Below the pieces are notes generated by a model, which was not told the origin of the DNA, searched no databases, and saw only the letters and a program-made list of their open reading frames with translations. A stretch of DNA of 49,284 bases, taken from Candidatus Omnitrophota bacterium (lineage in GTDB: Bacteria; Omnitrophota; Gorgyraeia; Zapsychrales; JBDRMG01). The DNA lies in NCBI GenBank assembly GCA_043812495.1, contig JBDRMG010000026.1, positions 1 through 49,284 on the forward strand, in the 5' to 3' direction. Positions 34,707 through 43,079 of the stretch are shown one piece after another; within the stretch, counting starts at the first letter, position 1, and each line of letters begins with the position of its first letter. The position numbers and the translations under genes are program-made.

Positions 34707-36224
34707 CTAAGACTCATCCTCAATTTGCGCTGTAATAATATGAGGAGTGATAAATATCAGAAGGTCTGTTTTGGAGATCGTTTTCTCTTTTTTCTGGAAT
34801 AATAGTCCTAAGCCCGGAATATCGCCTAAGAAGGGCAGCTTCTTTCTTGTGTCGGATTCAGAATTTTTAATTAAACCGGCTATGACAAGAGTTTCGCTTT
34901 CTTTGATCATAACGCGCGTCTTGACCGCTTCATTGCTCAAGCGAGGGACTTGAGTATTCTCTACTGTTACTTTTTCTAGAATATCAGTGACGGTCGGTTC
35001 GACATCTAAAGTAACAAAACCAGCCCTATTGACATGGGGTGTGACTTTAAAAATTACGCCGATATCTTTATATTCCCACCCGGATACCTGCAATCTTGCT
35101 TGTTCTTCATTATAGGTATACTGCGGTAGCGGATATTGGCTGCCGACATTGATCGTAGCAGTCTCATTATCCAAAGTCACAATACGAGGATTGGAAATGA
35201 TATTGGTATCAGTTCGAGATTTCAGTAATTCCAGAACAGCGGATAGCTGAGACAGATTGAGAGTACCGAATGTAAAATTTGAGGTCGAATCGTCAATACT
35301 TCCAGCACCGGAAGCAGCTGGAAAATTGGTTGTTAGAAATTTATTATCGTCCGACTGAATAAAAGGCCAGGTGATGGGTCGCCCGGCGGCCGATGCCTGA
35401 GCCTGGGCCACCCAATCGATACCGAGATTTTCCGTATCGCTCAAAGTCGTTTCAATGATCTTTGCTTCAATCAAAACCTGCGGAGTAGTGGCGTCGAGTT
35501 CTTTTACAATCTTCTCGATTAATTCCATATTGCTAACCGTATCGCGGATAATAATGGTATTGGTCCGCTCATCGTAATGAACGTTGCCGCGCCCTGTTTT
35601 TAATTTTTCGACAGAGGTGATAACAATCGAAGCTCTGGCAAAATTAAGGATAAAACTTCTTGTTTCCAAAGGTTCTTGTTCCGCTAGAAGAAGGGCGTCT
35701 TCTCGCCGTTTCTTGAGATTATCAATCGTCGTCACCATAATGATATTGCCTTTTCGCTCATAACTATATCCATAGTTCTCGAGAATGACTTCGAGAGCTT
35801 GCTTCCAAGGAACATCCGTTAGCTGAATGGTAACCAAACCCGTAACATCAGGGCCGGGAACAATATTCATGCCGCTTTTATACGCAAGGATTTTCAGCAC
35901 GTTTCGGATATCTGCATCGCGGAAATCCAAAGTGACATTTCCCTCCTGGATAACGCGTGGCTCTCCCTCAATAGGCTCTTCTGTGTCTTCTTCAGATAAA
36001 TCAAAAAGCTCGGCCTCTCTCATGTCTTCAGAAGCCATATCTTCATTCAAAACTTCTTGGACATCTTGTTCTTGGCTAGATTCAATTTCCGAAGCAGAGG
36101 ATTCGAGGGAATCTTCCATGGCTCCAGGCGATTTCGTGTCTTTTTCTTGAACCCCTTGTGAATAAACAGGGGTTAAGATAAGAAGCAAAATAAAAATAAT
36201 GGACCAGGTTATTTTTGGTACCAT
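34707..36224 (-). CDS. pilQ: secretin, PilQ-like (module A)
   Basis: Signal peptide, N0 domain VTLDFRDADIRNVL, PQVLIEAKIIE, PFLGDIPGLGLLF, LLIFITPHI; follows pilMNOP. Confidence 0.88.
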   Translation of the reverse strand: MVPKITWSIIFILLLILTPVYSQGVQEKDTKSPGAMEDSLESSASEIESSQEQDVQEVLNEDMASEDMREAELFDLSEEDTEEPIEGEPRVIQEGNVTLDFRDADIRNVLKILAYKSGMNIVPGPDVTGLVTIQLTDVPWKQALEVILENYGYSYERKGNIIMVTTIDNLKKRREDALLLAEQEPLETRSFILNFARASIVITSVEKLKTGRGNVHYDERTNTIIIRDTVSNMELIEKIVKELDATTPQVLIEAKIIETTLSDTENLGIDWVAQAQASAAGRPITWPFIQSDDNKFLTTNFPAASGAGSIDDSTSNFTFGTLNLSQLSAVLELLKSRTDTNIISNPRIVTLDNETATINVGSQYPLPQYTYNEEQARLQVSGWEYKDIGVIFKVTPHVNRAGFVTLDVEPTVTDILEKVTVENTQVPRLSNEAVKTRVMIKESETLVIAGLIKNSESDTRKKLPFLGDIPGLGLLFQKKEKTISKTDLLIFITPHIITAQIEDES

Positions 36225-36225
36225 C

Positions 36226-36570
36226 TTATTCCTCCTTTTTTAATTCCATTATATATTTTTCTTTATCTTTGCTTAATATCGCTCTATTACGTTCAATCTT
36301 CTGAATAAAATAAAGACCCACCTTGTCTCCTCTTCGCACGACAGTACCGTTAATAATGGCTAGGTTGCTTCCTGTGGGATCATAAATAATGCCTTCCAAA
36401 ATCATCTCAGAGATTAAGAGTTCTTCGTCATAGTTGATAATGACACCCGCGGGTGAGACTAAACGCCAGAACGGATCTCGCCTTCCATGGCTATCGTAAC
36501 TCAACGCCTCTTTTTGAGCAAAAGCATTGGAAGTGAACAATAAAATCATCAAAACAATGATTTTCTTCAT
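36226..36570 (-). CDS. PilP-like periplasmic protein (module A)
   Basis: RRDPF motif, LEGII..AIING beta domain; between pilO and secretin; no Cys. Confidence 0.65.
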   Translation of the reverse strand: MKKIIVLMILLFTSNAFAQKEALSYDSHGRRDPFWRLVSPAGVIINYDEELLISEMILEGIIYDPTGSNLAIINGTVVRRGDKVGLYFIQKIERNRAILSKDKEKYIMELKKEE

Positions 36571-37196
36571 CAGCTTTTCTCTTTTTCCGTCTTCTTTAAA
36601 ATGAAGGCATTGATGGTTAATTTAACCGAATGGCGCATGGAATCATTGCTGTTTGCTACAACATCGAAATCATTAATCGTCATAAATATTTCATCTGTTT
36701 CCACGCGGTTGATAAAATGCCCCAATTCATGATAGCCGCCACGGACGCTAATCAAAATAGAAATAGAGTAATATTCTCCTTCGTCATTCTGTAAAACTTT
36801 TTTTTGCGAATCTTTCAAGGGCATGATTTGATTAATCAGGATATTGGATTCCATCGCCAAGCGAGAGATATTATCAAGGATTTTTGGTATTTCCTCTTTC
36901 GAAAGAATACGCGTCCCCACTTCTCCCATCTTCTCTTTTGCCCCCTCAAGATCTTTTTTGTATTGATCAACATTCTTGATGTCAAATAGGGCTTTTTTAT
37001 GGTTTTTCTTAGCAATATCGATTTTGGGATTCATTTTCAGAAGAGGGGCAAGCTGAAACGGCTGCATAATCACAAAATAATCAAACAAAAAGATGGCCAG
37101 CATAGCTCCTCCAAGAATCCAATTGCGGTTCTTGTCATCAATCGGCGGCAAGGAAGGAATTTTGAACGAAAATTTATCCTTAAATTTAATTTCCAT
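36570..37196 (-). CDS. pilO: type IV pilus alignment protein PilO (module A)
   Basis: N-terminal TM, coiled coil, EIPKILDNI, GGYHELGHFI. Confidence 0.85.
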   Translation of the reverse strand: MEIKFKDKFSFKIPSLPPIDDKNRNWILGGAMLAIFLFDYFVIMQPFQLAPLLKMNPKIDIAKKNHKKALFDIKNVDQYKKDLEGAKEKMGEVGTRILSKEEIPKILDNISRLAMESNILINQIMPLKDSQKKVLQNDEGEYYSISILISVRGGYHELGHFINRVETDEIFMTINDFDVVANSNDSMRHSVKLTINAFILKKTEKEKS

Positions 37197-37222
37197 TACT
37201 AAAAACCTCTAATCCCCTCTCG

Positions 37223-37807
37223 TTATTGCAACTTCACGGTAATAAGAAAATCGGCGATTTGGACTGATTTAATCTGTCGTCTTTGGATGGAACCGATATC
37301 TATATTTTCAACGCCTTTCACGAAACTCTGGCGGTTTTTTAAATTCAAAATAAAAGTCTGGGGACTTTGCATTTCAATCCCTTCCTTGGACACCGCGCTT
37401 CCGTCTATGAGTAGAAAATTCCGGTCCAAAGATAATTTATTAAGCCAAACTCCTTTAGGAAGACTATCGCTAATATCATTGAGTTTCTGCGCCCAAGATA
37501 TTCTATTTTCCGTCGTAACCTTTTCCACAGCATTGATTTTATTTCGTATCGTCTGGAGTTGTTGTTTAATGTCTTTGGCGGCCTTCCATTCTTTTTCTAT
37601 TGATTTTAAATCATTCTCGACCTTAGATTTTTGTGTAAATTTAAGAACCAAAATGGCTGTCAGAAGGATATGGACAAGGACTAACAAAATCACCAATCCT
37701 CCGATCAGGCCAATAATCGCTTCCATCGGTATGCTTGTCATGCCCATAACGGTTGATTTCTTCTTTTTTCTACGTAAATGCTGAGGAATTAAGTTTATAT
37801 CAATCAT
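37223..37807 (-). CDS. pilN: type IV pilus alignment protein PilN (module A)
   Basis: INLIP PilM-binding motif, TM, LPKGVWL. Confidence 0.88.
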   Translation of the reverse strand: MIDINLIPQHLRRKKKKSTVMGMTSIPMEAIIGLIGGLVILLVLVHILLTAILVLKFTQKSKVENDLKSIEKEWKAAKDIKQQLQTIRNKINAVEKVTTENRISWAQKLNDISDSLPKGVWLNKLSLDRNFLLIDGSAVSKEGIEMQSPQTFILNLKNRQSFVKGVENIDIGSIQRRQIKSVQIADFLITVKLQ

Positions 37808-38885
37808 GATTATAGAGAGCTAAACCCAAGGCCACTCCTAATCGATGGCTATCGTTCAACAATTCATTTTTGTTACTCAAATGGGGAGATATCTCAAAAC
37901 CATCCAAAGGATTCCATTCTTCAACAGGTAAATCGAGATTCCTACCAAAAAACTCCACGATCCCTTTGAGCTTTGAACTTCCTCCCGTCAGAAGGAGTTT
38001 GCTAATCGGTATGTTCTTTTCTGTCACAAAATAATCAAAGGAAAGCCTGATTTCCGAAATAAGGTTGGTTAGGATAGATTCACACGCACGCTGAATTTCT
38101 TCCAGCCTATCCCCAGGTTCGCACTTAAGTCTCTGGGCCTCATCGCCCTCCAAAGAAAGAACATTAGCGATTCTTTTATTAAGGTCTTGACCGCCTAAGA
38201 AAATATCTCTGGTGAAATACGGCATGGCACCTTTAATAATAATTAAACTGCTTATGCAATGACCGATATCGAGGATGGCGATCACTTCGTCTTTACTATT
38301 GCTCTGAGACGCATTAATTTGATTCATCGCTTTGAGGCCTGAAACATTAAGAATATTGGCAATCGCTAAAGAGTTGATACCAATAAATTCGGGTTTAATC
38401 TCAAGACTGGTCAATAATCGCATCCGTTGCTCGATAACGTCCTTCTTTGCAGCAGCGACTAAAACATGCATCTTGCTATCTTTGTTCTTTGGGTCAAGAA
38501 TAAAACAATCCGTATTGATTTGATCACGGGGGAAAGGAAAATGTTTGTCGGCTTCAATATTAATGGAATTGCGAAGATCTTCAATGGGCATTCGTGGCAT
38601 ATCAATATAGCGAATCAGCGTTCCTTTCCCTGAAACGGATGTGGAGACATTCTTTGAAGAAGCGTCTAATTTGCCCAATATTTTTCTTAACAAATTGTTG
38701 GTATTGAGTGGGTTTGCTGGTTCAGTAATCCAATTCGATATTTCAAAAGTCCCTTCGCGCCCCACCACTTCAATCGCCTTGAGTGAATCAGAACCGATAT
38801 CAAGCCCGATGCTAGGCTTGATGCCTTTCTCTGGGAGGAATTCTCTAATAACGGAGAAATACTTTTCTAAAAATACGTCTATCAT
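37800..38885 (-). CDS. pilM: type IV pilus actin-like protein PilM (module A)
   Basis: GLDIGS, VLVAAAKK, LDIG, LTGGSS, VALGLAL. Confidence 0.92.
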   Translation of the reverse strand: MIDVFLEKYFSVIREFLPEKGIKPSIGLDIGSDSLKAIEVVGREGTFEISNWITEPANPLNTNNLLRKILGKLDASSKNVSTSVSGKGTLIRYIDMPRMPIEDLRNSINIEADKHFPFPRDQINTDCFILDPKNKDSKMHVLVAAAKKDVIEQRMRLLTSLEIKPEFIGINSLAIANILNVSGLKAMNQINASQSNSKDEVIAILDIGHCISSLIIIKGAMPYFTRDIFLGGQDLNKRIANVLSLEGDEAQRLKCEPGDRLEEIQRACESILTNLISEIRLSFDYFVTEKNIPISKLLLTGGSSKLKGIVEFFGRNLDLPVEEWNPLDGFEISPHLSNKNELLNDSHRLGVALGLALYNHD

Positions 38886-38893
38886 AGATAACC

Positions 38894-39247
38894 TTATTGT
38901 ATCAAAAGATGACTTTTTATTGAAGGCTCAAATATAATTTCATTAGGATCAGTTTTCCTCTCTTTTTCATCCTTTAAATCTTTCTTCTTAGCTGTTGTTC
39001 TATAATTCTCGTCGTTATCTTGCTGAAAGGATAGCGAGGGTTGCGTACGGATAGAAAAGGATTCTTTTTGAGGATCACTTTTAACTTGGGCTCTAACCGA
39101 TTGGGATGGATTATCCTTATCAAATGATTTATTAATGCGTCTGTTGATGAAAACAAGAGCGAATACGATGAGCGCAAGAAAAACAATCATGACAAAAGCA
39201 GCAACGGTAGCTCCCTGTTGACTTCCAGAAGAAAATAGGCGTTTCAC
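38894..39247 (-). CDS. 117-aa single-TM protein with possible degenerate prepilin leader
   Basis: GTG 39247 directly after the PilX-like stop, GAAGGGAG upstream; MKRLFSSGSQQG-ATVAAFVMIVFLALIVFALVFI then a polar tail. Confidence 0.7.
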   Translation of the reverse strand: MKRLFSSGSQQGATVAAFVMIVFLALIVFALVFINRRINKSFDKDNPSQSVRAQVKSDPQKESFSIRTQPSLSFQQDNDENYRTTAKKKDLKDEKERKTDPNEIIFEPSIKSHLLIQ

Positions 39248-39248
39248 T

Positions 39249-40970
39249 TCAAAAACTCCCTTCTTTCCATGCCAATTTATCCGTAATATCATTTGTGAAG
39301 GCAACAAACGTTTGCATGCTGGGATAGTAAGGCGGTGATTTCCCAAGAAGCGTTCGGCTATCATAAACAAAGTTTCGCCCGTACCCTGCTATTTGTTGGC
39401 CCGTATTGCCGTTAAATAATCCGAAACCGCCATAATATTCGGTAATCACTCCGCCCAAAAGCGTTGCCACGCCACGGCTCCCCACTCCCGTGTCATCATA
39501 ATCATCGACTTGAAGAACGCCATCTCTCGCCATAATAATCCCATGCACATTGATATCATCCGGCGCCGTCGTAGCAATTCGTACATCATCATCCCATGAA
39601 ATAAGACCGAGCAAGTTGGTTGCACCTTGCGCGTTCGGAGGAACATAGCCCGCATCACCGGGATTTCCAACGGCAGGCGTATAATTGGAATAGAGAATAT
39701 GATCCGTTATGATCAAGTCATTTTCCGTAGAAATCGTTAATTCCGTGCCGTTTTGGACAGTTCCTCCGAGGCTTGTCACCGATCCTTCAACATGCATAAT
39801 CGTTCCGAGATCATCGAGGCCGTCAGGGATTCCGCTAAATGTTTCTGTTCCCGAGCCTACGGTCAGAATGGTTGTTTGGTCATTGTCCTTATCGACCGTA
39901 ATAATTTTTGTTGTGGCGCCTTCGGTAATAGCGTAAACAGCGTGATTGCCACCGTCAACGCTCATGCTAATGCTTGCATTTCCTCTGATAAAAATACCTC
40001 CTGTCAAAGCTGTTCCGTTGTTGGCGATAAATATCCCATTGCCTGAAAAATTCTGACTTCCCGTTGCCTGATCAATAAGGTCTTCTTTCTGGACGGAAGA
40101 AGCGAGGGTGATCTCATCAGCGCTCCGGGTAAAACCGGCATTGAATGTGGGGACATCTCTGTCTGAATTATGGTCATCATTGCGAAGCACCGGAGAGCCA
40201 AGATTATAAAATCTTGCTGTGTCATAATGCTGCGTAACGGCACCGTCGAATATCGCCCCCGGGTTAAAAGCAAAATTATACCGTTGATTGGTATGTAGAG
40301 GGCCGGCAAAATTTGTTTTATCCGTAAACCAAACATTATTACCGCCGTCTTCCGGCTTTAAGGTATGGATGTCCGTAAAAAGAGCGAATTTGGCAAAATT
40401 GTCCCTTTGAACGCGGACGGTAAAATCGCCCAATAAAGAAATCGTCCGTTTCACTCCTGAAATTAACCCTGTCGTCTCAATACGATAAAAGTAAGGAAAA
40501 TCCCATGTATCGACATTGACTAGGATGGGGTTTCCTTTTTCCCAAACTTTGATCTGGTATTGATATGTTCCATTTCCCAGATTCATGGAACTGCTTTCAT
40601 AGATGGCTTCATTCCCATCCAGGGTAAATTGGCTAGTCCCAGTGTTTTTGGCGTATTCAATAAGAAAGCCGAGTCCATCCGATGAGGTCACATAGCTTTG
40701 AGCATCAGCGGCAACGACTTGAGGATTGGTATCGTTGACTGTTGTCATCAAATCCGTATTAATAAAAGTGTCAATTTGATTCAAGCCCTCCTGGCAGCCC
40801 CCATCCGCCAGATAGAAGGCTTGCTCCAAGAGGCGCTCGCGATCCGCAAAATTTTTCTCTGTAATGGTTCGGAAAATAAAGATGCTTCCGAAAATCAGAA
40901 GAACCATGATGGTCGTCAAGGAAAGAATAAGCACAATTCCTTTCTTGTTTTTTAGAAACATCGGTCTCAT
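39249..40970 (-). CDS. large PilX-like minor pilin with ~400-aa C-terminal domain
   Basis: KKG|IVLILSL leader lacking Glu5, QAFYLADGG PilX-type motif. Confidence 0.8.
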   Translation of the reverse strand: MRPMFLKNKKGIVLILSLTTIMVLLIFGSIFIFRTITEKNFADRERLLEQAFYLADGGCQEGLNQIDTFINTDLMTTVNDTNPQVVAADAQSYVTSSDGLGFLIEYAKNTGTSQFTLDGNEAIYESSSMNLGNGTYQYQIKVWEKGNPILVNVDTWDFPYFYRIETTGLISGVKRTISLLGDFTVRVQRDNFAKFALFTDIHTLKPEDGGNNVWFTDKTNFAGPLHTNQRYNFAFNPGAIFDGAVTQHYDTARFYNLGSPVLRNDDHNSDRDVPTFNAGFTRSADEITLASSVQKEDLIDQATGSQNFSGNGIFIANNGTALTGGIFIRGNASISMSVDGGNHAVYAITEGATTKIITVDKDNDQTTILTVGSGTETFSGIPDGLDDLGTIMHVEGSVTSLGGTVQNGTELTISTENDLIITDHILYSNYTPAVGNPGDAGYVPPNAQGATNLLGLISWDDDVRIATTAPDDINVHGIIMARDGVLQVDDYDDTGVGSRGVATLLGGVITEYYGGFGLFNGNTGQQIAGYGRNFVYDSRTLLGKSPPYYPSMQTFVAFTNDITDKLAWKEGSF

Positions 40971-41626
40971 CCCCTATTCCTGACACTGACTTCTGTGGTG
41001 GCCGAAGAAGTTAACTGACGGTTTAAAGCAGATTTTCTTTGTGCCGTCAGGCTGATGGTATAAATTCGGCTATCCACGCTACTGCTGATTTGAAAGTCCG
41101 AGATATCATTGGCGATCTTATCCTCCCGCACCGTGACTTGATCCGCATCAAGGACCCTGCGAATCAAGCGATTGGAATCATCAAGAAGGTAGCTAATATA
41201 TTTATAGTCGACTGTATCACAATCATCATCGGCATCCATACAGCTTGATTCTGTGCACCCCCACGTGAGGGTTGCCCCCCAATGAGCAATATCGCCATCA
41301 TCATTCACTAAGCTCTCTGTGCTTTGACATATAATAGGGAGAGAAAATCTTAAGATATCACTTCCGTTAACCCCTGTGCCATTATCAATAGTGACCTGCA
41401 AAACACTATCTTTATCGAAACCCGATTCTTGCAGCTCTCTTGTCATGCGCTGCAAGGCTTTTCTTAAATTCTGCTGTATTTCAATATTGGCATCTGTGTT
41501 AAACCACGATGATTGACCCACGGACAGAGCAACATATATCCCAAGCACCACAATAGAAAAAATGGCTGTAACCACCATGATTTCCATCAAACTTAATCCG
41601 CTTTTGTTATGAATAATTGTCGGCAT
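40967..41626 (-). CDS. PilW-like minor pilin
   Basis: KSG|LSLMEIMV leader; QQNLRKALQRMTREL helix. Confidence 0.8.
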   Translation of the reverse strand: MPTIIHNKSGLSLMEIMVVTAIFSIVVLGIYVALSVGQSSWFNTDANIEIQQNLRKALQRMTRELQESGFDKDSVLQVTIDNGTGVNGSDILRFSLPIICQSTESLVNDDGDIAHWGATLTWGCTESSCMDADDDCDTVDYKYISYLLDDSNRLIRRVLDADQVTVREDKIANDISDFQISSSVDSRIYTISLTAQRKSALNRQLTSSATTEVSVRNRG

Positions 41627-41630
41627 AGGA

Positions 41631-42101
41631 TTATCCGTTATAAATATAACTTGTTAATTGGACAATGGAATCGAGCATCTCATTTCCGTTGACATCTTCC
41701 CCCAGATACTGTCCATCAAGATTTAAGTCTTCGCCAATGATACGGCCATTGGGTTGCCGCCAGCAAAAGGAAGTTGTAATAAGCAATAAATTTGCATTAG
41801 AATCATCGACGTAGCTGACACCAATACCGTTAAGACCTGTTGCCGTAAATGTGACACCATCATAATTGGCTTTGATCTGCGCGAATGGTGTATTCTTAAT
41901 TTTTTCCATCCGGGCCTTGGAAGAACGAACAGCCAATGAAGAGTTTCTGGCAAATTGGCTTAGATCAAGACAGGTAATATAGCTAAATAAGATGCCCCCA
42001 ATAACGAGGACTAGGATTCCCGCGGAAACCATTAATTCCGGCAGCGTTAATCCTTTGTTATCGGCTAATTTCTTCCTTTTTGATAATAACAGTTTGGACA
42101 C
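41631..42101 (-). CDS. PilV-like minor pilin
   Basis: NKG|LTLPELMV leader; MEKIK motif; AGGAG before GTG. Confidence 0.8.
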   Translation of the reverse strand: MSKLLLSKRKKLADNKGLTLPELMVSAGILVLVIGGILFSYITCLDLSQFARNSSLAVRSSKARMEKIKNTPFAQIKANYDGVTFTATGLNGIGVSYVDDSNANLLLITTSFCWRQPNGRIIGEDLNLDGQYLGEDVNGNEMLDSIVQLTSYIYNG

Positions 42102-42118
42102 TTTTTCTCCTGATAGTC

Positions 42119-42146
42119 ATTGTAGTTCAAGAAATGGAAAAGTCAA
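42119..42146 (-). promoter_or_regulatory. sigma70-like promoter for minor pilins and module A
   Basis: TTGACT (42146-42141), 16 nt, TACAAT (42124-42119); AT-rich upstream. Confidence 0.6.
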
Positions 42147-42223
42147 TTTATTAAAGTAACTTTAATTTCAAAATGGATATAAATATAATTATTAATCTTT
42201 ATATTAAGAAAATTGGATTCCCA

Positions 42224-42377
42224 CATTCTACGGCTCTTCTGTCCATAGCGCTACTTCTCAGACAGTAAATTTCTCCGGTCTCACGGCCGTAGTATTATTG
42301 ACTTCGTACTTCGTTTGTCCGATTTTCACCTTAGGCTCAAATCGGACCCTTTTCATTCTACGGCTTTACGGCCGCAG
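42224..42377. repeat. composite palindromic repeat element
   Basis: Direct repeat CATTCTACGGCT (42224-35, 42354-65), each closed by GCCG(T/C)AG; central hairpin GTCCGATTT/AAATCGGAC (42317-25/42339-47). Confidence 0.7.
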
Positions 42378-42390
42378 TTTTTGAAGCAGG

Positions 42391-42429
42391 AATAAAAAAA
42401 GGGGGCTTATTAAGCCCCCTTTTTTTATT
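42391..42429. terminator. bidirectional intrinsic terminator after pilA
   Basis: Perfect palindrome AATAAAAAAAGGGGGCTTA-T-TAAGCCCCCTTTTTTTATT. Confidence 0.93.
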
Positions 42430-42445
42430 TCTACTAACAGCCCTA

Positions 42446-42838
42446 TTAGTCAGGATTCAGAACACCACCAGTCTCGATTGTGTAAGTATCAGAACCGGAA
42501 GAATGCAAAGTTTGAGGTGTTGCTATGACAGTATAGGTTGCATTTCCAGGTAATGTATAGGCATACGTGAAACCTGAGGAAGTTGACCCTTCATAAGCTT
42601 TATTGAGATATGCAGGATTAGCACCAGTCAAGTCGGCTTCAGCTGTTGGGTAATTACCGCTATTAGCTGTTGCGTATGTTTCAATCGCCGTAGAAATAGT
42701 CCTCAACGTACTTTGCGCTAAGGCGTCATTTGCTGAAAGACGAGCACGAAGTAGGTTAGGGATAGCGATGGCAGCCAATAAAGCGATAATGGCCACAACG
42801 ATCATGATTTCAACGAGTGTAAAACCTTTTCTATTCAT
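42446..42838 (-). CDS. pilA: type IV major pilin candidate (125-aa mature chain, no Cys)
   Basis: MNRKG|FTLVEIMIVVAIIALLAAIAIP; AAGGAGGT 8 nt before ATG 42838 (in-frame ATGs also at 42844, 42934); own terminator. Confidence 0.88.
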   Translation of the reverse strand: MNRKGFTLVEIMIVVAIIALLAAIAIPNLLRARLSANDALAQSTLRTISTAIETYATANSGNYPTAEADLTGANPAYLNKAYEGSTSSGFTYAYTLPGNATYTVIATPQTLHSSGSDTYTIETGGVLNPD

Positions 42839-42839
42839 T

Positions 42840-42990
42840 TTCATTGACCTCCTTCCCGGATTCAGATTGGCTTCAAACTTTCTTAAGGACCCCAGAAGAA
42901 AGAGATCAATGAATTTACGAATTATACCAGTCATTCTATCTCTTGCTCTCCTGGCATCTGCTCAGTGAGCTTTCAGCCTAATCCCTTTAT
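42840..42990 (-). ncRNA. candidate two-state cis-regulatory RNA leader of pilA (family not recognised)
   Basis: ~120-nt nested rod (42983-42865) versus an alternative 18-bp helix 42913-42896 with 42857-42840 covering SD and AUG. Confidence 0.6.
42921..42929 (-). promoter_or_regulatory. possible extended -10 promoter P3
   Basis: TGgTATAAT consensus extended -10; no -35 match. Confidence 0.4.
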
Positions 42991-42997
42991 TATATTT

Positions 42998-43026
42998 ATG
43001 TTATCAATACCTCCTTTCCTTGTCAA
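42998..43026 (-). promoter_or_regulatory. possible sigma70 promoter P2 downstream of the riboswitch terminator
   Basis: TTGACA (43026-43021), 17 nt, TAACAT (43003-42998). Confidence 0.55.
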
Positions 43027-43034
43027 GATATTTC

Positions 43035-43069
43035 AAACAAAAAACCTATTCCTCATTCGAAGAATAGGT
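43035..43069 (-). terminator. intrinsic terminator, riboswitch expression platform
   Basis: ACCTATTCTTC-GAAT-GAGGAATAGGT (11 bp, one G-U) then TTTTTGTTT. Confidence 0.88.
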
Positions 43070-43079
43070 ACACAAATAC

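Noticed and set aside
42446..42823. Conductive e-pilin interpretation of PilA
   Set aside because: No aromatic residue between F1 and Y50 of the mature chain; 10 F/Y in 125 aa.
42851..42990. 6S RNA or SRP RNA identity for the leader rod
   Set aside because: No large central bubble, no SRP helix-8 motif in a stem-loop, no own terminator; it directly abuts the pilA SD.
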